From Eledone cirrhosa (Eukaryota): a stretch of 64,000 bases of DNA. How positions within the stretch are numbered: the first letter of the stretch is position 1; each line of letters starts with the position of its first letter. The stretch is taken from contig CAXHJY010001251.1 in the NCBI GenBank assembly GCA_964016885.1, positions 31,518 to 95,517 on the forward strand, read 5' to 3'. The notes beneath the pieces are model-generated. The model had not been told where the DNA came from. It was given only the letters and a program-made list of their open reading frames with translations, and did no database searches. This document shows, one piece after another, positions 17,556-31,274 of the stretch. The position numbers and the translations under genes were made by a program.

Positions 17556-17816
17556 CATAACATCATCATCATCATCGATTAACGTCTATCTTCCACACTA
17601 GCATGGATTAAATGGGTTTGTCCCATTTACAGGCAAGTTGGGTCGGGTGACCATGTCTCGCTCATATAGTTTTTTTCTGGCTGGTTTTCTATGGCTGGAT
17701 GACCTTCCTAACAACCACATTGAAAGTGTGTGCTGGGTGCTTTTTGCCATGTCTTTTACACATCAACCATACAGTGTGAGCCGGGTGTGTTATATATATA
17801 TATCTATATACACACA

Positions 17817-17869
<53 letters not shown>

Positions 17870-17878
17870 GCGTGTGTG

Positions 17879-17917
<39 letters not shown>

Positions 17918-17964
17918 GCGTGTGTGCATGTGTGTGTGTGTGTGTGCATGTGTGTGTGTGTGTG

Positions 17965-18215
17965 TGGAGGCACATGGCTTAGTGGTAAGGGTGTTGGACT
18001 TGCAATGATAATGTTGTGGGTTTGATTCCTGGGCCAGGTTGCGTATTGTATTCTTGAGCAAACCACTTTATTTCATGTTATTCCAGTACACGCAGCTGGA
18101 AAAAAAGCAATAGCTGGGAGGTTTAACTCTGCGATGGACTGGTGTCCTGTCCACGCCACAGAAACCAGGATAAGCAACAACCTAATGAGCCTCTGGGCTC
18201 GAAACAGACTTTAGA
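17965..18215 (+). mobile_element. tRNA-derived SINE (same head as 13838-14177, different tail)
   Basis: GGAGGCACATGGCTTAGTGG...GTTTGATTCC...TTCTTGAGCAAAAC. Confidence 0.8.
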
Positions 18216-18422
18216 CGCGCGCGCGTGCGTGCGTCACATGGACATATACCTTCTCCAACCTTTACTTAACTATTGTGCTAGCTGCATTCTACAGAGCCGC
18301 ACCATGTTCACTCACACTCTTATAGCCTTAAACCACAGACACCACTTTACTAAATATAATGTGTTTTCATATATTCTAACAAGAACTAGTGTGTGAAATG
18401 AAGACAATAGTTATGAGACATA

Positions 18423-18506
<84 letters not shown>

Positions 18507-19039
18507 TCAGTCATTTTGTCAGATAAGTTTGATGTGTTTATATAACAATTCAAAAAAGAAAGAGAAGAAAAAATAGGCATACGTTTTAGCAGGCTTCCTA
18601 CAAAGTTGCATCTTGGGTATTTTAATGAGTGGGGACTCCCCTCGCCCCCCCCCCTCGTCCTATCATGAAAAGCGACATGAAATAAAGTGGCCTGCTCAAG
18701 ATCTCAACATGCTGTCCAGGGCTAGACATTTCAGGAGGAATCAAACCTACAACCATATGATCATAAGTCCAACACCATAACCACAAGGCCAGTCACCTTC
18801 TCCTCCATTTCATATATACATGAAAGAAGAAGAAAAGAAAAAGCAGTGTATGAGAATATGATAAGAATTAATAAGGATGCTTTTGAAAGGCATGGGGGAC
18901 CTAGTGGTTAGAGTACTGTGCCTGTGAATAAAGCACTTTATTTCACATTGCTCCAATCTGCTCAGTTAAGTATCTATGCTAGCATGGAAAATGGGCATTA
19001 AATGATCATGATATATATCATCATTATCCCTCTTTTACT

Positions 19040-22000
19040 TCCAATTGTTCATGCTTGCATTGGTTAAACATGTCCTTTCCAGCACAGAATCTCTCCATTG
19101 TCTCGGTCTTTTGTCAACTCAGCTATGAGATTCAGTGATTTGAGATTAGCTCTGACAACCTCTACCCAGGTCTCCCTCTACTGTAGTCCCCTTCCATTGG
19201 GATTTCTCAGCAATTCTTCACCCAGAGATCATCTTCCATATGTATCACATGGCCATACCAGTGCAGTCTTCTCTCCTGCACATTACCAATCATCTTCCAT
19301 ATGTATCACATGGCCATACCAGAGCAGTCTTCTCTCCTGCACACTACCAATCATCTTCCATATGTATCACATGGCCATACCAGAACAGTCTTCTCTCCTG
19401 CACACTACCAATCATCTTCCATATGTATCACATGGCCATACCAGAGCAGTCTTCTCTCCTGCACACTACCAATCATCTTCCATATGTATCACATGGCCAT
19501 ACCAGAGCAGTCTTCTCTCCTGCACACTACCAATCATCTTCCATATGTATCACATGGCCATACCAGAGCAGTCTTCTCTCCTGCACACTACCAATCATCT
19601 TCCATATGTATCACATGGCCATACCAGAGCAGTCTTCTCTCCTGCACATTACCAATCATCTTCCATATGTATCACATGGCCATACCAGAGCAGTCTTCTC
19701 TCCTGCACATTACCAATCATCTTCCATATGTATCACATGGCCATACCAGAGCAGTCTTCTCTCCTGCACACTACCAATCATCTTCCATATGTATCACATG
19801 GCCATACCAGAGCAGTCTTCTCTCCTGCACATTACCAATCATCTTCCATATGTATCACATGGCCATACCAGAGCAGTCTTCTCTCCTGCACACTACCAAT
19901 CATCTTCCATATGTATCACATGGCCATACCAGAGCAGTCTTCTCTCCTGCACATTACCAATCATCTTCCATATGTATCACATGGCCATACCAGAGCAGTC
20001 TTCTCTCCTGCACACTACCAATCATCTTCCATATGTATCACATGGCCATACCAGAGCAGTCTTCTCTCCTGCACATTACCAATCATCTTCCATATGTATC
20101 ACATGGCCATACCAGAGCAGTCTTCTCTCCTGCACACTACCAATCATCTTCCATATGTATCACATGGCCATACCAGAGCAGTCTTCTCTCCTGCACATTA
20201 CCAATCATCTTCCATATGTATCACATGGCCATACCAGAGCAGTCTTCTCTCCTGCACACTACCAATCATCTCCCATATGTATCACATGGCCATACCAGAG
20301 CAGTCTTCTCTCCTGCACACTACCAATCATCTTCCATATGTATCACATGGCCATACCAGAGCAGTCTTCTCTCCTGCACATTACCAATCATCTTCCATAT
20401 GTATCACATGGCCATACCAGAGCAGTCTTCTCTCCTGCACACTACCAATCATCTTCCATATGTATCACATGGCCATACCAGAGCAGTCTTCTCTCCTGCA
20501 CACTACCAATCATCTCCCATATGTATCACATGGCCATACCAGAGCAGTCTTCTCTCCTGCACATTACCAATCATCTTCCATATGTATCACATGGCCATAC
20601 CAGAGCAGTCTTCTCTCCTGCACACTACCAATCATCTTCCATATGTATCACATGGCCATACCAGAGCAGTCTTCTCTCCTGCACACTACCAATCATCTCC
20701 CATATGTATCACATGGCCATACCAGAGCAGTCTTCTCTCCTGCACATTACCAATCATCTTCCATATGTATCACATGGCCATACCAGAGCAGTCTTCTCTC
20801 CTGCACACTACCAATCATCTTCCATATGTATCACATGGCCATACCAGAGCAGTCTTCTCTCCTGCACACTACCAATCATCTTCCATATGTATCACATGGC
20901 CATACCAGAGCAGTCTTCTCTCCTGCACACTACCAATCATCTCCCATATGTATCACATGGCCATACCAGAGCAGTCTTCTCTCCTGCACATTACCAATCA
21001 TCTTCCATATGTATCACATGGCCATACCAGAGCAGTCTTCTCTCCTGCACACTACCAATCATCTCCCATATGTATCACATGGCCATACCAGAGCAGTCTT
21101 CTCTCCTGCACATTACCAATCATCTTCCATATGTATCACATGGCCATACCAGAGCAGTCTTCTCTCCTGCACATTACCAATCATCTTCCATATGTATCAC
21201 ATGGCCATACCAGAGCAGTCTTCTCTCCTGCACACTACCAATCATCTTCCATATGTATCACATGGCCATACCAGAGCAGTCTTCTCTCCTGCACACTACC
21301 AATCATCTTCCATATGTATCACATGGCCATACCAGAGCAGTCTTCTCTCCTGCACATTACCAATCATCTTCCATATGTATCACATGGCCATACCAGAGCA
21401 GTCTTCTCTCCTGCACATTACCAATCATCTTCCATATGTATCACATGGCCATACCAGAGCAGTCTTCTCTCCTGCACACTACCAATCATCTTCCATATGT
21501 ATCACATGGCCATACCAGAGCAGTCTTCTCTCCTGCACATTACCAATCATCTTCCATATGTATCACATGGCCATACCAGAGCAGTCTTCTCTCCTGCACA
21601 CTACCAATCATCTTCCATATGTATCACATGGCCATACCAGAGCAGTCTTCTCTCCTGCACACTACCAATCATCATCCATATGTATCACATGGCCATACCA
21701 GAGCAGTCTTCTCTCCTGCACACTACCAATCATCTTCCATATGTATCACATGGCCATACCAGAACAGTCTTCTCTCCTGCACACTACCAATCATCTTCCA
21801 TATGTATCACATAGCCATACCAGAGCAGTCTTCTCTCCTGCACATTACCAATCATCTTCCATATGTATCACATAGCCATACCAGAGCAGTCTTCTCTCCT
21901 GCACACTACCAATCATCTTCCATATGTATCACATGGCCATACCAGAGCAGTCTTCTCTCCTGCACACTACCAATCATCTTCCATATGTATCACATGGCCA

Positions 22001-23280
22001 TACCAGAGCAGTCTTCTCTCCTGCACATTACCAATCATCTTCCATATGTATCACATGGCCATACCAGAGCAGTCTTCTCTCCTGCACACTACCAATCATC
22101 TCCCATATGTATCACATGGCCATACCAGAGCAGTCTTCTCTCCTGCACACTACCAATCATCTTCCATATGTATCACATGGCCATACCAGAGCAGTCTTCT
22201 CTCCTGCACATTACCAATCATCTTCCATATGTATCACATGGCCATACCAGAGCAGTCTTCTCTCCTGCACACTACCAATCATCTTCCATATGTATCACAT
22301 GGCCATACCAGAGCAGTCTTCTCTCCTGCACACTACCAATCATCTCCCATATGTATCACATGGCCATACCAGAGCAGTCTTCTCTCCTGCACACTACCAA
22401 TCATCTCCCATATGTATCACATGGCCATACCAGAGCAGTCTTCTCTCCTGCACACTACCAATCATCTTCCATATGTATCACATGGCCATACCAGAGCAGT
22501 CTTCTCTCCTGCACATTACCAATCATCTTCCATATGTATCACATGGCCATACCAGAGCAGTCTTCTCTCCTGCACATTACCAATCATCTTCCATATGTAT
22601 CACATGGCCATACCAGAGCAGTCTTCTCTCCTGCACACTACCAATCATCATCCATATGTATCACATGGCCATACCAGAGCAGTCTTCTCTCCTGCACACT
22701 ACCAATCATCTTCCATATGTATCACATGGCCATACCAGAGCAGTCTTCTCTCCTGCACACTACCAATCATCTTCCATATGTATCACATGGCCATACCAGA
22801 GCAGTCTTCTCTCCTGCACACTACCAATCATCTTCCATATGTATCACATGGCCATACCAGAGCAGTCTTCTCTCCTGCACACTACCAATCATCTTCCATA
22901 TGTATCACATGGCCATACCAGAGCAGTCTTCTCTCCTGCACACTACCAATCATCTTCCATATGTATCACATGGCCATACCAGAGCAGTCTTCTCTCCTGC
23001 ACATTACCAATCATCTTCCATATGTATCACATAGCCATACCAGTGCAGTCTTCTCTCCTGCACATTACCAATCATTTTCCATATGTATCACATAGCCATA
23101 CCAGTGCAGTCTTCTCTCCTGCACACTACATCTGATTCCTCTTATATACAACCTCTCTCTCAACTCATCTCTGCTTTGACTTTCACATGTATTAACATTA
23201 CACATCCATCAAATCATGCTTGCTTCATTTCTCTCCAGCCTCCATATAACCTCCATATTCACTGCCCATGTCTCACTACC
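19040..23280 (-). mobile_element. Decayed RTE LINE 3' fragment, split by an internal satellite expansion
   Basis: Minus-strand flanks translate GSETWAVNMEVIWRLERNEAS (23215-23280) and TWVEVVRANLKSLNL...TKDRD (19095-19175). Confidence 0.85.
19228..23129. repeat. 61-bp tandem satellite, ~64 copies, LINE-derived
   Basis: Unit ATCATCTTCCATATGTATCACATGGCCATACCAGAGCAGTCTTCTCTCCTGCACACTACCA; minus strand reads SVQERRLLWYGHVIHMEDD. Confidence 0.97.
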
Positions 23281-24117
23281 AAATATAGATCTAACAAATC
23301 TATATATATTCTATATGAATTGACAGATTATTTTCAATTCATATTTTGGGGGAGGGAAAATTCCTCATAAATTAGAAACAACCAAAAATAATTTTGATAC
23401 TTTTTTGGTTCTTCATTTCCCAAGTTATTTGAAGTCCTCTTTGATCAACACTGCCTGTTACCATGGCAACATGTCAAGAGTTAGGCTTAGGAACATCAAA
23501 TACAATTATTTTTATCCAACCTATTCCCACCCAACTCTCTCCACCATCACCATAACCACATTCACTCTAACTACTGTCACAACCATAACCACAACCACTA
23601 CCATATGTACTGTCCACTACCATTAACTCCATGATCCCCACTATATCCATTCCAAACCACCACCATCATAACCACCGTCAACAGTCACTGCCACCAATAC
23701 GACAACTGCCACAACCATCACCACCAAACAACACCAACACCACCATAACTATTGTCACAACCAACAACTCCACCATAACATCACCATTCTCATATTTACA
23801 TTATTTAGTTAAATGAATTAAACTAAAATACAAAAACCTCTTTTAAAAAAAGTTATATAAAAGTCCCTTTCAAATGTGTATAAAAATTCCTTTGAAAATT
23901 TGTATAAAAATCCCTTTAAAATGTGTATAAAAATGCTCTGATCTTTATGAGACCTCAGCAAATCATTCCATTTGACTGTGAGAGAGGTGGCTATTGTTTG
24001 ATGTCTGTTATACCGACACAGACATAAACAAGGAGAAAACTAACAAAACAACAGCATTCTATAGAATACACTCAAATATGAAATATGAAATGTAGTTGTC
24101 CATATGTAAGTGACTAT

Positions 24118-24895
24118 AATAATGTTTTCTGATTAAGGCACACGGCCAACAATTGGAAGGGAAGAGAAGGAGGAAAGTCGATTAAATAGACCCCCCAGTT
24201 CATTACTGGTGCTATATTTTATCAACACCGGCAGGATGAAGGGCAAAGCTAAACTCAGAATAATAATGGTTTCTGATTTAGGCACAAGGCCAACAATTTG
24301 AAAGGACAGAGAAAGTCGATTAAACTGACACCCCACGCCACCCCCAGTGCATTACTGGTTCTATATTTTATTGACCCCCATAAGGATGAAAGGGAAAGTT
24401 AACTTCGGCGAGATTTGAACTCAGAACCAAAAGCGCCATAAACTGTATGCTGCAAAGCATGGTGCCTGACACTCTACCATTATTGAAGGACGGTGGACTG
24501 ACACTGCCAATCCACCGTCCTTCAATAATTGTTTCTACTTTAGGCACAAGGCCAGCAATTACCCAGTGCATTACTGGTACTTTATTTTATCGACCCCGTA
24601 AGGATGAAAGGCAAAGTCAACCTCGGCGGGATTTGAACTCAGATCGTAAAGGGACGTAACTATGCTGGAAAGCATGGCGTCCGACCCTCCACCGATACTG
24701 CCATGCTTCAATAATGGTTTCTGATTTAGGCACAAGACCAACAACTTGAAGGGAAGGGGAAAAGTCGATTAAATCGATCCCAGTGCATTACTGGTACTTT
24801 ATTTTATCAACCCCCGTAAGAATGAAAGGTAAAACTTGGCAAGATTTGAACTCAGAACATAAAGGTCTGTAACTCTAAGCTAGAAAGCATCTCAT
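24118..24895 (-). mobile_element. Head-to-tail cluster of ~4 SINE copies (Nin-like central domain, (TTA)-type tail)
   Basis: Repeated GTTTCT..TTTAGGCACAAGGCCA...ACTGGTACTTTATTTTATCGACCCCG.AAGGATGAAAGGCAAAG...GATTTGAACTCAG. Confidence 0.85.
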
Positions 24896-25029
24896 CTAAT
24901 TTGATACATAGACATATATATGTGTGATAACATTACAAAGGTGGAGCTGGCAGTATGTTACTGACATCTTGTTAAGTACATATCTATATGTAGGGAGACT
25001 ACTGGGGCAGCATAAAACTAATCCTGCTT

Positions 25030-25885
25030 ATCTACCACTGGCTCCCACCACCACCACCATCACTAGCTGCTACTACCACTGGCTCCCATCACCACCACCA
25101 TCACTAGCTGCTACTACCACTGGCTCCCATCACCACCACCACCATCATCATCATCACCTACTACCACTGGCTCCCACCACCACCACTACCACCACTAGCT
25201 GCTACTACCACTGGCTCCCATCACCACCACCACCTAGTACCACTGGCTCCTACCAGCACCACCACCATCATCACCATCACCTACTACCACTGGCTCCCAC
25301 CATCACCTACCACCACTGCCATCCCCAGCTCCCCCACCACTGGCTCTGCCCCCCCACCCCCTCCCTCCCCACCGCCACTGCCCTTACCACCACCACTAGC
25401 TCCGACAACCACCACCACTGGCTATGACTACTGCCTCCCACCACCACCACTACTTCCCCCACACCACTACTTCCCCCACACCACTCCACCAATGGTACCA
25501 ACAAAAACAGATTAATCAACCGGCATCATTACATGTCGGTTTATGTTTCTGCTGATTACCTGTTCAAGAGAAGTACTGCCCCCACCACCACCACCACCAC
25601 CACTACCACTGACATACTGCCCCATCACCACTACCACCACAACCATCACCACCACTGACATACTGCCCCACCACCAGTACCATCACCACTACCACTACCA
25701 CCATCACCACTGACATATTGCCCCACCACCAGTACCATCACCACTACCACCATCACCACCACTGACATGCTGCCTCACTGCCACCACCACCAATGACATA
25801 TTGCCCCACCATCAATACCAGCACCACTACCACCACAACTAAGAACACCACCACCAACATCAACATCACAAGTAACACCACCAGG
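25030..25885. repeat. (CCA)n-rich degenerate tandem repeats (CTACCACTGGCTCCC and CACTGACATACTGCCCC anchors)
   Basis: Directly visible. Confidence 0.85.
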
Positions 25886-26148
25886 TAAACTATACAGGTT
25901 TATTTTTAGCAGGTATATAGGACCAAATGTTGCATAATATATCTTTGTAATATGATCCTCTTCAGCACAGCAACATAAGTAGTTGGGTTTCTAGTTTAGT
26001 TCCATTTTGAGGTCAACTTTTCCTTTCATACTTACGGGGTCGATAAAATAAAGTACCAGTAATGTACTGGGTAATTGCTGGCCTTGTGCCAAAATTAGAA
26101 ACAATTATTATCAATAATAATAATAATAATAGTCATAATAATAATTCT

Positions 26149-26340
26149 GGATTGGCAGTATCGGTAGAGGGTCAGACGCCCTGCTTTTGACGCATAGAGT
26201 TACGGCCCTTGCCATTCTGAGTTCAAATCCCGCCGAGGTTAACTTTGCCTTTCATCCTTGCGGGGTTGATAAAATAAAGTACCAGTAATGCACTGGGCAA
26301 TTGCTGGCATTGTGCCAGAAGTAGAAACAATTATTATCAA
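26149..26340 (+). mobile_element. Full-length Nin-like SINE; further copies at ~26010-26110(+), 26690-26900(-), 30260-30405(-), 34400-34580(-), 38200-38370(-), 42245-42435(-), 51705-51890(+)
   Basis: TGGCAGTATCGGTAG (A-box-like), GAGTTCAAATCC (B box), GCCTTTCATCCTT.CGGGGT.GATAAAATAAAGTACCAG, tail into TAA repeats. Confidence 0.85.
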
Positions 26341-26369
26341 TAATAATAATAATAGTCATAATAATAATT

Positions 26370-27325
26370 CTTCCTTTATTGGCCACAAGGGCCTACATAT
26401 AGGAGACAATACAAAAAGACAGGTATAGTAAGGGCTTCCGAAAAAAAAAAAAAAATTAATAAATAAATCAAGAAAAAAAATTATATAATAAATACAACAA
26501 TAACCAACAAAACTACAAACAACAGAATTCCCCTATAGGGTGGAGAACCACTCAGGGGCGAATCAGGTACCCCACCAGTCCTGAACCACCTGACGCTTTG
26601 AAAGCACCTAGGAAGGGCACCCTTCTCCTTTTCAAATCAACCAGCCTACCGGCACATGCTCACAGTAGGCCCATTCACACAGGTTATTAATAATTGTTTC
26701 TACTTTAGGCAATTTGAAGGGGAGGGGTAAAAGTCAATTAAATCGACCCCAGTGTGTTACTGGTACTTTATTTTATCGACCTCATAAGGATAAAAGGCAA
26801 AGCTAACCTCAGCGGGATTTGAACTCGGTATGTAAAGGGCTGTAATCCAATGCCATAAAGCATGTTGTCTGACACCCTACCGATACTGCCAACTCTCCAC
26901 CCTAGACAGGCCATTAATAATATCTTTATAGGTCACTAGGGCTAAAAATCTTATGGACAATACAAGAGATGGGGATAGTGGAGATTTAGTTATAAAAGTG
27001 TATAAAAGAATATAACAAGTAACAAGAAAACCAGGAAAATTTTTAAACAAAAGAAATTCCCAATGGGAGGGAGCATCACTCAGTGGTCATTTCAGAACCT
27101 CACAGATTCAAACACAACCCTCGACACCAAGAGCATCATATGAAAAGTGTCCCTCTTCTCTCTCTGCAGAATTCAGAATGCATGCCTAAAGTAGAGCCAC
27201 TCGCTCAAGCCATTCTCGCTTCATTCACCCACCTTTTAAGAAATGAACCAGAGGCATGACTTCTCACTCCACCCTCACCTTCTTTTCCAAATGCAATTTG
27301 AAAATGTTGATGAGGACTTGGTCAA
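26370..27325 (-). mobile_element. Two decayed 3' ends of a Tx1/L1-like LINE (26370-26685, 26920-27325) with a SINE between them
   Basis: Both end in similar CCCT.GTG.CC.ATAAAG.+TAA tails; 27200-27305 minus reads FKLHLEKKVRVE*EV.../KRWVNEARM. Confidence 0.5.
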
Positions 27326-28461
27326 AGTAGAAAGTATCTGTTTTCAGTCTTTTCAGTCATATGATGTAAAACAAGACAAAATGAAATACCTTGCTCAAGA
27401 AAACAAAACACTGCTGAGCCTGAGAATTAAACCTAAAATCTTATGATTGTAGATCCAATACTCTAACCACAAAGTTGCATGCCTTCACCAATTTCCATAA
27501 CCAGAAAAATTTCTAGATTTATTTGTGTTACATGACAGAGATATTTCATTCTCTGAAGAGTTGAGGTGCCAACTTGGCAACCATCTAAATGTCATGCCAC
27601 GCACATTATTTATTTGTACTTCTCCCACTGTCTTCTATATTAAAAATCCTATCGGAGTCAATCAAATGATTATTTGATCTGTAATTGGTTTGATTTCAAA
27701 AGATTTTATCTTCCCCACCACCCAAACATTACAAATTTGAGCACCAAAACAATACACCATTTTTTTTTCGGTTACTCTCTTTTTCCAAACTACACCAGGA
27801 TAACAGTAGAAACAACAATGCTTAACCATTTTGATAGCACACTACCTGAAACAGCCCATAGTTCTCTGATACAAAACTATTTCTTTTAAAGTGTTTATAT
27901 TTATCTAAAAATCTTCCATAAAAAATTAATATAAGCTATGTTCCAAACACAAACTTAATACAGAGAAAGTTATTTCACTAAATCCCTTCAATGTTTTTTT
28001 GATTATTTTCAAACTCATTTAAAAATTATAGGTAGTGCTTTTCATTAGAAATATGGTAATGAAAGTGTTAATCTCTGCTTTTGTGGTTCAACAATATTTT
28101 AAAGTGTTTATATTTATCTTCCAACATAATTTTATGTAAAGACCTTTGTTAAGTTAGGTTCCAAACACCAGTCAAATCTTTCTTAGCCTTATTTATAATG
28201 AAATACTTTTTATTTCAAATAATTAACAATTTTGAGGGATCCACGAAAATTAGTAATTATTTTATTACTAAGACAGTAACTTAAAATTATATCGGAGGAT
28301 TTTAATTTAAATAGGAATTCTTTAAAATGAGTGGTTTTGTTGCATAGAACCAGAGCCAGTTTTGACCAAGTTGATATCAAAATCATTTTGAAAAAAATAA
28401 TACACTGAACAAAATAATAGAGTTACTTTGAATAGAGTTTTATAAATCAAAATCCAACAGT

Positions 28462-28685
28462 TTAACCCTTTAGCATTTACATTAACTCTATATATACTAT
28501 TGTATTTTCATGGTAAAGGCTTTACCTCACATAATTATTTCACATAATATCAAATCTATGAGATTTTGATATTTATTTTGAGAACAATATCTTATCAGTA
28601 TGAGCAGACGGTTACAGCTGGTTTGAACAGAAAGAGGTGAGAGAATTCTGGATGGATATGGCTGGTTTAAATGCTAAAGGGTTAA
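28462..28685. mobile_element. piggyBac-type MITE
   Basis: TTAA|CCCTTTAGCATTTA ... TAAATGCTAAAGGG|TTAA: TIRs with CCC/GGG ends and TTAA target duplication. Confidence 0.9.
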
Positions 28686-28965
28686 TTATGATTTTATTCA
28701 ACATATTACCTCTCCGATTCACACACTTATTACAGTGGTCCTACTTCACCTGTAAAGGTAACAACTCTACCTATTTGCAATACCCTTAAGCCAGGAACTT
28801 TTCAGAACCCCTCTATAAATCTGTGAGATAAGATAAGCCAAGCCAAAATACCCAAGGTATTACACTGCGTGATAGTGAGGCTAAGCTTCTTGAATAGCCA
28901 AGCACCCTCACAGTGCAAGCTGCCAAGAATATAGTGTATATAATCTTGCAAGTATAAGTTATTTC

Positions 28966-29020
<55 letters not shown>

Positions 29021-29400
29021 AGAGAGAGAGTGAAAGAGAGAGAAAATTATAGATTAAAATACTTTTAGTAAGATAACAATAGTTTGAGAGAGGGAAGCCA
29101 GTGCAAATTTCTTTCTTTTTAGAATTAACAATGAGTATAAATTTGGCAGAGAGTTCTTTAAAACAACAGAGGTAACAGAATTTGCTGGCAGCAGTACTGT
29201 AGCTCATTTCATCTTCGGCTTGGCGGCATGTCTTGTTAATCACGCGTAATTAATAAGTGAAATGAAGACAAGCAAGAATTACTAAGGGAAAATATTGTCT
29301 CAGAAAGACATTTCTTCAGGGAGTGTGTCACTAAGACTTCCATTTTTACATTCTCTCTGCTATTTATTAACAAAGCTGAATTGTTTATACGTAGTGAGTC

Positions 29401-29438
29401 ATGGCTAGGAATGTTGTGAGAAAGACGCTAGCTAAAAG
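29401..29438 (+). CDS. Candidate first coding exon (MARNVVRKTLAK-), phase 2
   Basis: GTCATGG start context, consensus AG|GTAAGT donor, non-repetitive UTR-like sequence upstream; no homology recognised. Confidence 0.45.
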
Positions 29439-29464
29439 GTAAGTTAGAAAAGTATGTATGCTCC

Positions 29465-30060
29465 TGTAACACCTGTTGGTGTGTCACGGGGTCATTGTAG
29501 TGACAGCTGTAATACCTGAGAGAGTCATAATGTCACTGTAGTGAGACTTAACACCTGAGAGAGTCATAATGTCACTGTAGTGAGAATGTTACCTCCCAAG
29601 AGAGTCATAATGTCACTGTAGTGACATCGTTAACACCTGAGAGAGTCATAATGTCACTGTACTGACATTGTTAACACCTGAGAGAGTCATAATGTCACTG
29701 TACTGACATTGTTAACACCTGAGAGAGTCATAATGTCACTGTAGTGAGACTGTTACCTCCTGAGAGAGTCGTAGGATCAATGTAGTGACACTTGTAATAC
29801 CTGAGAGTCATAGGGTCACTGTAATAACACCTGAGAGTCACAGGGTCACTGTATAACACCTGTAACACCTGAGAGTTATACGGTCATTGTAGGGACATCT
29901 GTAACACCTGAGTCACAGAGTCACTGAAATGACACCTGTAACATGTTGGTGGTGTCACAGGGCCACTGTAGTGGCAGCTGTAACTCCCGAGGGAGTCACA
30001 GGATCACTGTAGTGACAGACGGCCTGTAACTCTTGATGGAGTTGTAGGGTCGTCCAAGTG
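29465..30060. repeat. ~41-bp degenerate minisatellite
   Basis: TAACACCTGAGAGAGTCATAATGTCACTGTA.TGACATTGT; starts at 29631 and 29672. Confidence 0.9.
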
Positions 30061-30759
30061 ACATATGCCATTTCTTGGGCAATTCTTTTTTTAAAACCTG
30101 ACAGAGCCCATCTCCTCTCCAGGTCTGAACACAGCTGATTTCTTCTAGAGGAGAGTGAGAGTGTGGAAGAGAGAGTGTGGAAGTCAGAAAGAGAGAGTGT
30201 GGAAGTCAGAAAGAGAGAGAGAGGGAGTGAAAGAGAGAGAGAGGAGTGGAAGAGAGAAAGAGTACTGGACTGGTAATATTTTATCAATTTCCAAAGGATG
30301 AAAGGCAATGTTGACCTCAGTGGGATTTGAACTCAGAGTACAGAGAACTGAAATAAATACCACTAAGTATTCTAGCCAACATTTCAATGGCCCTGGCAAT
30401 TCACTGCCTGTGGTGGTGATGGTGATAGCAATGATGAGGGTGATGATAGTGATGATGATGATCATCATCATCATGATTAGTAAATATAGTAAAAACAACA
30501 TCCAAAATGACAACAACAACAACACAACGAAAACATCAACGACAACAACAAGAATTACATTACCAATATTTAAAATTCTATCAATGTCGGGATACTGAGA
30601 AGATTTTTGTTGTTATGCAAAGTGTTTGGTGCTGTGCAGCTAGCTGCATTATAGACTGGCTGCACACACCAGACAAGCTACATACACCATCCCTCAACTC
30701 ATTGCAGTCTTACGCTATCTCTTCTGTGAGATTCAGTGATTTGAGATCAGCAATTACAA

Positions 30760-30922
30760 CCCGTCATATTTTGAAGACCTCTAAAGACATTAAAGAGGGT
30801 CATTGAGGAAGATACAGAACTGTCCGATGAAGAACTGAGGTCGTTAATGTTGGATCATGTGAGATGGAAAGGTTTTTATCATGTCACCACAAAAAAAAGG
30901 GATAAATTTAGTAGTTAGTAGT
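30760..30922 (+). mobile_element. RTE-X-like LINE 3' end nested in a minus-strand RTE remnant (30700-31050)
   Basis: Translates RPLKTLKRVIEEDTELSDEELRSLMLDHVRWK, with a TAG-repeat tail; host RTE sequence resumes after 30922 (GRPRKTW on the minus strand). Confidence 0.65.
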
Positions 30923-31274
30923 ATCACAATCTGTGCCCAGGTCTTCCTTGGTCTCCCTCTACTGCAGCTTCCTTCCATTCCACTAAACTTTCTTGACATT
31001 TCTTCACCCACCAATCATTATCCATACACATCACATGTCCATACCATGTTTCATCCATGCTTTCTTGTTCAGTCATAACAATTAAACAGAGCTACGCAGA
31101 GCTGTGTGGATATTATGACTGCTCTGTGCATGTGACATCAAACTTAACCACACACACATACACAAACACACAGCATAAGATTTGTTATTCAGTCATATCA
31201 ACAACTGAACAGAGCTACACAGAGCTGTGTGGATATTATGACTGCTTTGAACATATGCAATCAAAATGTCAAAC

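Noticed and set aside
15401-23129. CRISPR-like appearance of the 76-bp and 61-bp arrays
   Set aside because: No unique spacers, no cas genes, eukaryotic context
19098-23135. 925, 1264 and 837 aa repeat proteins
   Set aside because: Antisense translation of a LINE-derived 61-bp satellite; the same peptide appears in all frames and there are no gene signals
27575-27600. HLDG codons on the minus strand as the next cyclophilin exon
   Set aside because: In-frame TGA immediately upstream and no GT donor
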